A stretch of 64,000 nucleotides of DNA from Minisyncoccia bacterium. Its GTDB lineage: Bacteria; Patescibacteriota; Minisyncoccia; UBA6257; GWB1-50-10. Shown piece by piece: positions 56,994-64,000 of this stretch. The translations under genes and the position numbers were made by a program. A model generated the notes under the pieces. That model was given only the letters and a program-made list of their open reading frames with translations, was not told where the DNA came from and searched no databases. Position 1 is the stretch's first letter, and the number at the start of each line of letters is the position of its first letter. The stretch spans positions 2,613 to 66,612 of the forward strand of contig JBEKVQ010000006.1 of assembly GCA_049997815.1 (NCBI GenBank), read 5' to 3'.

Positions 56994-57545
56994 ATGGAAC
57001 CGATCTTGAACGAACTGAAAACGAATGGGCAGGCGATAGTTGAGTCGCTCCGAAAGGCGCTCGCCGCCGTCCGGACGACCCGGCCGAACGCGGCCCTCGT
57101 CGAAGACCTGAAGGCCAATTACTACAATCAGATGACCCCGATAAAACAATTGGGGACCATCAGCGTTCAACCGCCCCGGGAAATATCGATTCAGGTTTGG
57201 GATAAGGGCGCGGTTCCCGGCGTGGCCAAGGCGATAGAGTCGTCCTCGTTGAACTTGTCGGCTAGCGTGGATGGACAGATAATTCGGATATTTCTCCCGG
57301 AGTTGAGCCAAGAGCGGCGGGATGAACTCATAAAACACATCGGGAAGGTTACGGAGGAGCACAAGATACAGATTCGCCATCTTCGGGACGATATCAATAA
57401 AAAAGTGCAGGTTGCTTTCGATGCCCACGAGATGAACGAGGACCAGAAGTTCAAGGCGAAAGAGCAGGTCCAGAAAGAGGTAGATAAGCTGAACGAGGAC
57501 ATCGAGAAAGCACTCCAGAATAAAACAAAGGAAATAAACGAATAA
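56994..57545 (+). CDS. frr: Ribosome recycling factor
   Basis: RT.RPN..LVE, QVWDK, PELSQERR, IRHLRDD. Confidence 0.93.
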   Translation: MEPILNELKTNGQAIVESLRKALAAVRTTRPNAALVEDLKANYYNQMTPIKQLGTISVQPPREISIQVWDKGAVPGVAKAIESSSLNLSASVDGQIIRIFLPELSQERRDELIKHIGKVTEEHKIQIRHLRDDINKKVQVAFDAHEMNEDQKFKAKEQVQKEVDKLNEDIEKALQNKTKEINE

Positions 57546-58600
57546 TGGTTTTTGTAATAGTAATAATCGGGCTGGCGGTCCTTATTCTTGTCCACGAGCT
57601 CGGTCACTTTTTGGTCGCCAAACTTTTGGGAATGCGGGTGGATGAATTTGGTGTGGGTTTTCCGCCTCGGCTTTTGAAGAAGAAGATGGGGGAAACGACC
57701 TACAGTTTGAATACTCTGCCGTTCGGCGGTTTCGTGCGTCTCCACGGCGAAGACGAGCCGGCCGCCGGCATTTTAGGAGAACCGGGAGAAAAAGGTTTCA
57801 ATGAAGAAACGGCTTGGAAAAAGAGCTTGGTGGTTCTGGCCGGCGTTTTCATGAATGTGATTTTGGGCTGGCTGCTCTTGAGTTTGATTTTAATGGTCGG
57901 GATGCCGAAGCATCTGGTTATCGCGAACGTGGCGGAAAATTCGCCGGCACTTACGTCTGGTCTAAAATCCGGAGATATCATAAAGAGCGTTTCGTCCGGC
58001 GCATCGGTTTTATCCGACCCGATTATGTCGGATGATTTTACGAAGCTGGTCAAAGGGAACGGAGCGGGCCCGCTCACTTTGAATGTCGAGCGTGACACTA
58101 AAGAATTGAAATTCGAAATTAGTCCTAGGCAAAATCCGCCCAAGGGACAAGGACCGTTGGGAGTAGAGATTACCGAAGTGGGTTTGGAGTCCCAGCCGTT
58201 TTTAACGAGTTTAGGGTCGGGGCTTTCGGAGACCTGGGTCGTGACGAAGATGGTTTTTGACGGCTTGGGAACGTTTCTCGGTCAGCTCTTATCGTCGCCC
58301 GGAAACGTCCAAAACGTTACCGGTCCGGTGGGCATAGTTTTCCTTGCGGCCCAGGCGACCAATCTCGGATTTGTTTATTTCCTTCAGCTTTTGGCCCTTA
58401 TCTCCATAAACCTTGCGGTCCTGAACCTTCTGCCCTTCCCGGCGCTCGACGGCGGACGCTTCCTTTTCATTCTCATCGAAAAACTCGTCGGAAGGTCGAT
58501 TCCCCGGCAGGTGCAGATATGGGTGAATGGCGCCGGTTTCGCGATTTTGATTCTTCTCATGGTTTTTATCACAATTAAGGATGTAGTCAGACTTATTTAA
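57545..58600 (+). CDS. rseP: RseP-like site-2 (M50) metalloprotease with a PDZ domain
   Basis: HELGH, GFPP, PFGGFV, NLLPFPALDGG. Confidence 0.9.
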   Translation: MVFVIVIIGLAVLILVHELGHFLVAKLLGMRVDEFGVGFPPRLLKKKMGETTYSLNTLPFGGFVRLHGEDEPAAGILGEPGEKGFNEETAWKKSLVVLAGVFMNVILGWLLLSLILMVGMPKHLVIANVAENSPALTSGLKSGDIIKSVSSGASVLSDPIMSDDFTKLVKGNGAGPLTLNVERDTKELKFEISPRQNPPKGQGPLGVEITEVGLESQPFLTSLGSGLSETWVVTKMVFDGLGTFLGQLLSSPGNVQNVTGPVGIVFLAAQATNLGFVYFLQLLALISINLAVLNLLPFPALDGGRFLFILIEKLVGRSIPRQVQIWVNGAGFAILILLMVFITIKDVVRLI

Positions 58601-58606
58601 ATCATC

Positions 58607-59572
58607 ATGAAAAAATCCCGCAGAAAAATCGCAGTGCTTTCGGGCGGACCGTCGCCGGAGCATGACGTATCGCTCGCGTCCGGCCGGAACGTTGCCGCCA
58701 ATTTGAATCCGGAAAAATACGAAGCGGAGGAATTCGTCATCTCAAAGACCGGCGAATGGCCGATTGAGCCGGCTGAACTTAAAAAGCGCTTTGAGCTCGC
58801 TTTCATTGCAATGCACGGGCCTTACGGGGAGGACGGCACGGTGCAAAGCATTCTGGACGCGGCCCACGTTCCTTACGCCGGATCCGGAGCAATGACGAGC
58901 GCTTTGGGGATGAATAAGTGGTTGTCGCTCCGGCTTTTTCAGGACGCGGGTCTTTTGATACCACCGACCATTCATATATCGCGCCACGAGTGGTTCAAGG
59001 ACCGAAAGGGCATAGCGCAAAAAATAAGTTCATATTTAAAGGAGCCATGGGTCATAAAACCCAACGCGAGCGGCTCGAGCGTAGGAGTGAAAATACTGAA
59101 GGAGAAGAAGGAATTGAATCAGGCGCTGGAACTGGCGTTAAAGGATTCAAAAGAGATAATCGTTCAGGAGTTCATTGGGGGGAGAGAATTGACCTGCGGC
59201 GTCATCGATTCGGGCATTCCGAACTCGACTTTTGCTCTGCCGCCCACGGAAATAATCGCGGCGGGGAGCCCATTCTTCGACTATAAGGCGAAGTACGATC
59301 CGGCCACCATGGAAATTACGCCGGCGCCCTTGCCCGATTCTTATACTCAGGCGGTGAAGAGAGCGGCTCTCTTGGCGCATAAGACCATCGGCTGCAGCGG
59401 ATTTTCCCGCACCGATTTCATTTTGGGCAAGAACCGAAAGCTTTACGTTTTGGAGATAAACACCATCCCCGGAATGACCGAAAATAGCCTGCTTCCCAAG
59501 GCGGCCCAAGCCGTCGGCATCTCCTTCCCGAAACTTTTGGAAATTTTTATCGAAGGCTCTCTTCTGAAGTAA
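58607..59572 (+). CDS. ddl: D-alanine--D-alanine ligase
   Basis: GGPSPEHDVSL, HGPYGEDG, GSSVGV, FDYKAKY, LEINTIPG. Confidence 0.95.
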   Translation: MKKSRRKIAVLSGGPSPEHDVSLASGRNVAANLNPEKYEAEEFVISKTGEWPIEPAELKKRFELAFIAMHGPYGEDGTVQSILDAAHVPYAGSGAMTSALGMNKWLSLRLFQDAGLLIPPTIHISRHEWFKDRKGIAQKISSYLKEPWVIKPNASGSSVGVKILKEKKELNQALELALKDSKEIIVQEFIGGRELTCGVIDSGIPNSTFALPPTEIIAAGSPFFDYKAKYDPATMEITPAPLPDSYTQAVKRAALLAHKTIGCSGFSRTDFILGKNRKLYVLEINTIPGMTENSLLPKAAQAVGISFPKLLEIFIEGSLLK

Positions 59573-59611
59573 TTAGTTGTCATAGAGCGGGTCCTTTGCT
59601 AGTATTTTCAT

Positions 59612-60865
59612 ATGCGGGAATCGCATCTTTTCTTCAGAACGCAAAAGGATTTTCCCAAGGACGAAGTCGCCATAAACGCCCAATTTTTGATTCGGGCGAA
59701 TTTTGTTCAGAAATTGATGGCGGGCGTTTATTCGTTCCTGCCGCTGGGTTGGCGGGTGATAACGAAGATTGAAAACGTAATCCGCGAGGAAATGAATGCT
59801 TTGGGTTCGGCTGAGATATTAATGCCGGCTCTCCACCCTCGATCGGTTTGGGAAGCGACTGGACGATGGGCCAGCATGGAAAAGGTTATGTATCAATTTA
59901 AGGACCACGGCGGACGCGAATTCGGTTTGGGTCCCACTCACGAAGAAATAGTAAGTACTCTCGCCAAAACGATTATCAATTCCTATGCGGATTTGCCACT
60001 TTCGGTGTATCAAATTCAGGGTAAGTTTAGAGATGAACCCCGCGCCAAATCCGGTCTGATCCGAGGGCGGGAATTCATCATGAAGGACCTTTATAGCTTT
60101 CATGAGGATGAAGCATCTCTGTCAAAATTCTACGAAGAGGCAAAGAAGGCCTATATGAAAGTTTTCGGACGATTTGGGCTTAAAACTTACATTACCGAGG
60201 CCTCCGGCGGCGATTTTTCCAAAGAGTACTCACACGAATTCATGGTGGAAAGCGAGGCAGGGGAGGACGAAATAATCGTCTGCCGGCTCTGCGGCTTCGC
60301 CCAGAATAAGGAGATATCCAAGCTGAAATCAGGCGCCAGTTGCCCTCATTGCCAGAGCGGCGTTCTAGATGTGATAAAAGCGATTGAGGTGGGGAATATT
60401 TTCAAGCTAGGAACGAAATTCTCGGAGCCGATAAACCTTTTCTTCAAAGACAAAAGCGGAAAGAATCAGCCGGTAACAATGGCCTCTTATGGGATAGGCG
60501 TAGATCGTCTTATGGCTACAATTGTCGAAACACATCACGACGAAAGAGGTATTATCTGGCCGGATGAAGCCGCGCCATTCCGGGTTCATCTTCTCATGAT
60601 CGGTGAGGGAACGCCGGAGCTTCAAAAGTTCGCGGACTCGGTCTATAATCATCTCGTAAAAGACGGCGTGGAAGTGCTTTTTGACGACCGGGCGGGACTT
60701 TCGGCTGGTGAGAAGTTCTTCGATGCCGATCTCCTGGGCATGCCGTGGCGTGCGGTTGTGAGCGAAAAAACGATGGTGCAGGAAAAGATAGAAATTAAAA
60801 AGCGGAACGGGAAGGAGTCCAAACTGGTTAAGGTCCAGGACTTCGTTAAGGAAGTAAAGAAATAA
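59612..60865 (+). CDS. proS: Proline--tRNA ligase (short, no INS editing domain)
   Basis: LGPTHEE, FRDEPRAKSGLIRGREFIMKDLYS, IEVGNIFKLG, MASYGIG. Confidence 0.95.
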   Translation: MRESHLFFRTQKDFPKDEVAINAQFLIRANFVQKLMAGVYSFLPLGWRVITKIENVIREEMNALGSAEILMPALHPRSVWEATGRWASMEKVMYQFKDHGGREFGLGPTHEEIVSTLAKTIINSYADLPLSVYQIQGKFRDEPRAKSGLIRGREFIMKDLYSFHEDEASLSKFYEEAKKAYMKVFGRFGLKTYITEASGGDFSKEYSHEFMVESEAGEDEIIVCRLCGFAQNKEISKLKSGASCPHCQSGVLDVIKAIEVGNIFKLGTKFSEPINLFFKDKSGKNQPVTMASYGIGVDRLMATIVETHHDERGIIWPDEAAPFRVHLLMIGEGTPELQKFADSVYNHLVKDGVEVLFDDRAGLSAGEKFFDADLLGMPWRAVVSEKTMVQEKIEIKKRNGKESKLVKVQDFVKEVKK

Positions 60866-60871
60866 ATCAAG

Positions 60872-61900
60872 ATGGTACTAAAAAAGATAATTGGCATCGA
60901 TTTAGGGACGGATATGACCCGGGTTTATCTTAAAGGAACGGGCATAATTCTTGCGGAACCCTCGATCGTGGCCTTCAACAACCGTACCAATCGCGTCGTG
61001 GCGGTCGGTTCCGAGGCCAAGCGGATGCTTTCGCGGACGCCGACGCACGTGACGGCTCTGCGGCCAATGATAAACGGGGTCATCGGAGATTTCGACATGG
61101 CCAAGGAGATGGTCCAGCATATTTTGAAGAGCGAAAAATTGCCCTGGTCCTGGTTTACCGAAACCATCGTGAGCGTGCCGACCAATCTTACGGAAGTGGA
61201 AAGAAAATCGGTGGAGGACCTATTGAAAGAGGTGGGGGTGAGCCGAGTGCATCTCGTGGAACAGCCCATTGCGGCGGCTCTTGGGAGCCATTTGGATATC
61301 AATCAGCCGACGGCGCATTTGATAGTGGACATCGGGGCCGGGACGAGCGGAATGGCGATAATCTCCATGAACGGCATCGTGGTTTCGAAACGCCTGAAGA
61401 TCGCCGGGGATTATCTGAATCAGGAAATTTTGAAGGGGATAAAGGAAGAAATGAAACTCCATATCGGCGAACCGACGGCGGAGGAGATAAAAATTGCCGT
61501 GGGAGCCGCTATTCCTCAATCCGAACGGCTGGAAATCGTGATTCGCGGGCGTGATGCCGTAACCGGTTTGCCGCGTGAGACGGTAATCAAGGACACGCAG
61601 GTGCGTTATTGGCTTACCCGGCCGCTGAAGCTCGTGGTGGAAGACCTGAAGGAACTTATAGACGTGACGCCGCCGGAGCTGGCGGGCGACATCTACAAGA
61701 ACGGTATCTATCTTTCGGGCGGTGGCAGCTTGCTCCGCGGTGTGGACCAGCTTTTCAAGAAGGAGATCGGCGTAGAAGTGCATCTGGTGGACGAACCCAT
61801 CCTCTGCGTTTCCCGCGGCACCGGCATCATCGCTGAGAATATGGGGGCTTACGACAATCTTTTAGATAATTTCTCCGGCTCCAAAATCATCAATCTATGA
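60872..61900 (+). CDS. mreB: MreB-family protein (copy 2, in the mreBCD-mrdA operon)
   Basis: GIDLGT, EPSIVA, DIGAGTS, PPELAGD, LSGGGSLL. Confidence 0.88.
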   Translation: MVLKKIIGIDLGTDMTRVYLKGTGIILAEPSIVAFNNRTNRVVAVGSEAKRMLSRTPTHVTALRPMINGVIGDFDMAKEMVQHILKSEKLPWSWFTETIVSVPTNLTEVERKSVEDLLKEVGVSRVHLVEQPIAAALGSHLDINQPTAHLIVDIGAGTSGMAIISMNGIVVSKRLKIAGDYLNQEILKGIKEEMKLHIGEPTAEEIKIAVGAAIPQSERLEIVIRGRDAVTGLPRETVIKDTQVRYWLTRPLKLVVEDLKELIDVTPPELAGDIYKNGIYLSGGGSLLRGVDQLFKKEIGVEVHLVDEPILCVSRGTGIIAENMGAYDNLLDNFSGSKIINL

Positions 61901-62598
61901 AGTCGTTTCGCCTCCTGATCCTGAGCGTCGCTTTCGTGGCGGTCGTGCTAGTTGTTTTCTTTTCACGGACGGTAATTGTCCATTTTTTCCAGAATTTCCG
62001 CTTGGCCTTTTCAGGTGCTGCCGATTCTGAGTTCACTTACGAAAACTACGGTAACCTGAAAGCCCAAAATGAGGTTCTTACCCAGAGCTTTTCCGGCGCG
62101 GAGAATGCGAATCCGACAGTGAATGCCGATCGCTACCGCGCGAAGGAAGCGCAGGTCTTTTCGGATTATCCTTTCAATAATTACGCGGCCATCACGATAG
62201 ATATCGGTTCCGACGACGGAATCAAGGTGGGAATGCCGGTTCTTTCGGCTCCGGGAGTGCTCTTGGGAAAGATAAAAGACGTGAAGAGAACGGAGAGCGA
62301 AGTGGAAACCATCTTCGATCCGGCTTGGCGAAGTGCGGTCGCCTTCGGAACAAATCGCGCGAAAGCCCTTCTAACCGGCGGTCCCGCGCCCTACTTGGAT
62401 CTGATACCCAAAGATGCTTCGTCAACGGCGGGCGACGCGGTCATGAATCTCGCGAGCAATTTTCCCATGAACTCGCTTATCGGGAGGATTTTAGATTGGG
62501 AAGCAGGCGAGAACGGCGTCTGGGCCAAGGCCAAGGTGGAGCCGCCGATAAGTTTTGAAGATCTAAGAAAAGTGCTTGTAATCATCAATTTTCCCTAA
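61897..62598 (+). CDS. mreC: Rod shape-determining protein MreC
   Basis: N-terminal TM, IDIGSDDGIKVGMPV..LLGKI; operon position. Confidence 0.85.
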   Translation: MKSFRLLILSVAFVAVVLVVFFSRTVIVHFFQNFRLAFSGAADSEFTYENYGNLKAQNEVLTQSFSGAENANPTVNADRYRAKEAQVFSDYPFNNYAAITIDIGSDDGIKVGMPVLSAPGVLLGKIKDVKRTESEVETIFDPAWRSAVAFGTNRAKALLTGGPAPYLDLIPKDASSTAGDAVMNLASNFPMNSLIGRILDWEAGENGVWAKAKVEPPISFEDLRKVLVIINFP

Positions 62599-62604
62599 CC
62601 GACT

Positions 62605-63087
62605 ATGGCGGACTTGGCTCGGTTCATTTTGGTTCTGCTCGTTATCGCCGTTTTGGTCTGCTTCGAGGGCACGCGGTTTTTGAGCGTGGGCGGAATAAAT
62701 CCAAATCTCATATTCATATTTTTCTTGGGCCTGATTCTTGCGCCCGTTTTTAGAAAACGCATCCGTTTTGATTTCTTCCTGGTGCTCTTGGGATTTTCTT
62801 TCCTTGTCGGTTCTTTTCTCTTCGGTTTTTGGATGACCACATGGCTCACGCTTACCGCCCTTATCGTTCTGGTTTATTTCTTGAAGGATTTTTTAACCGG
62901 CCATCCTTTTCCTGATTTCCTGTTCGTCTTGGTCATCGGTACCGTTCTTTTTCACGTTCTGCTCAGATTTTTGACCGGCAGTCCGCTCATGTGGGGTTTG
63001 ATACTTGAGGAGGCGGTTTATAATTTTCTCTTGGGCGGTATCTTCTGGCTCCTGCTCCTTTTTTGGGAAAAATATGCCCGAACCTGA
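62605..63087 (+). CDS. mreD: MreD-like membrane protein
   Basis: Highly hydrophobic, GINPNL motif; lies between mreC and PBP2. Confidence 0.7.
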   Translation: MADLARFILVLLVIAVLVCFEGTRFLSVGGINPNLIFIFFLGLILAPVFRKRIRFDFFLVLLGFSFLVGSFLFGFWMTTWLTLTALIVLVYFLKDFLTGHPFPDFLFVLVIGTVLFHVLLRFLTGSPLMWGLILEEAVYNFLLGGIFWLLLLFWEKYART

Positions 63088-64000
63088 TTTAAATTTAGAG
63101 GATATCCTTACCGACCGATTGGCGGAGGAGGATTTTTTGGAAATACCGCTTACCGACCGGGTTTTCAAGAATTTTTTGATTTTCATCTCAATCGTGTTCC
63201 TTCTGGTATTCGCCCAACTTCTGAATTTGGCCGCCTTTAATTACGGCTTCTACGCCGGGCGGGCGGTTGCGAATATGAGCGACACGAAGGTGGAATACGC
63301 GCCGCGGGGAGCGATTACGGACCGTTTCGGCAGCGACCTCGTTAAGAACGATTCGGCCTACGATGCATTTTTGGTGCCCAAGTCTCTTCCGAAGTCTCCG
63401 GAAGAACAGCTTGCGGTCATCGGGAGTGCCGCAGATATTTTGGGGCTGGACCAGAATGATATCCTAAACCAAATAAAAGAACGGGACTGGAACGTGAGCG
63501 ACAGTTTTCTTCTGAAACAGAATCTCGGGCACGATGAGCTGGTGAATCTTGCGGCGGCGAATCTGGATGGCATTGAAATAGACCCGTCGTTCCAAAGAGG
63601 CCAGGTCGTTCCTTTGAAGTTTGCCCACGTGATTGGTTACACCGGTCTCGTGAACAAGAATGACCTGAAGAGTGATCCGAGTTTGAGCATTGACGACCAG
63701 ATTGGCCGGAGCGGGCTAGAAGCGTATTACGATGGATATTTGAGAGGCGTGAACGGTGAAAAGATGATACTGACGAGCGCCCAGGGCAGGACCGAAGCCG
63801 AAAGGGTGATAAAACAGCCGGTTTCAGGCGATAATCTGAAGACTTTCATAGATAAGGATCTCCAGTCGTACTTTTACGACCGTTTGAGCCAGGCTCTTCA
63901 GGAACTCGGGCGCGACGTGGGCGTGGGTATAGCAATGAACCCGCAGAACGGGGAAATTTTGTCGCTCGTGAACATTCCTTCGTTCGACCCGGAAAACGTG
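63074..64000 (+). CDS. mrdA: Penicillin-binding protein 2 (runs off the window end)
   Basis: MPEPDLNL start; APRGAITDRFG, HVIGYTG, GRSGLEAYYD, AMNPQNGEILSLVNIPSFDP. Confidence 0.9.
   Translation, partial: MPEPDLNLEDILTDRLAEEDFLEIPLTDRVFKNFLIFISIVFLLVFAQLLNLAAFNYGFYAGRAVANMSDTKVEYAPRGAITDRFGSDLVKNDSAYDAFLVPKSLPKSPEEQLAVIGSAADILGLDQNDILNQIKERDWNVSDSFLLKQNLGHDELVNLAAANLDGIEIDPSFQRGQVVPLKFAHVIGYTGLVNKNDLKSDPSLSIDDQIGRSGLEAYYDGYLRGVNGEKMILTSAQGRTEAERVIKQPVSGDNLKTFIDKDLQSYFYDRLSQALQELGRDVGVGIAMNPQNGEILSLVNIPSFDPENV

Noticed and set aside
195-63573. Numerous 60-290-aa antisense or alternate-frame ORFs in the track
   Set aside because: They lie within well-supported genes and show no recognisable motifs.
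1-64000. Diversity-generating retroelement
   Set aside because: No reverse transcriptase and no TR/VR pair with adenine-specific mismatches seen. Paralogue differences affect all bases.
1-64000. CRISPR array, tRNA or rRNA genes
   Set aside because: No regularly spaced short repeats or cloverleaf/rRNA signatures. The 31-bp repeat at 6007/6257 has only two copies, 250 bp apart.

Overview
This 64 kb window looks like a small-genome Patescibacteria (CPR, Parcubacteria-like) chromosome. That is inferred from compact housekeeping proteins (AspRS without the GAD insert, ~595-aa AlaRS, short ProRS, RpoA without alpha-CTD), tight gene packing and standard code 11. The housekeeping backbone is efp, mnmA, comEC plus MBL, aspS, alaS, infA-rpmJ-rpsM-rpsK-rpsD-rpoA-rplQ-rplM-rpsI, murA, two mreB, holB, frr, rseP, ddl, proS and mreC-mreD-mrdA, with a glycerate kinase/ppsA/2-hydroxyacid dehydrogenase/enolase module. 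The main feature is 12 paralogues (~21 kb, a third of the window) of a ~560-600-aa cysteine-rich protein, in five co-oriented blocks wedged between housekeeping genes with little or no spacer. Each has paired zinc-ribbon modules at both ends and a divergent central Cys-periodic solenoid. Several copies share nucleotide-identical patches at their ends, and the conserved last codons often spell a TGnTATAAT promoter motif, an SD-like GAGGT and an ATGA start overlap. This suggests a recombining, self-expressing cassette system (hypothesis). Also seen: a 6S-like RNA, a structured 143-bp insert duplicating the rpsI 3' end, an 18-bp inverted repeat linking the divergent murA/PEGA promoters, and a tandem pair of small membrane proteins both ending PRLPHP. 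No CRISPR, tRNA, rRNA, integrase, transposase or reverse transcriptase was recognised.
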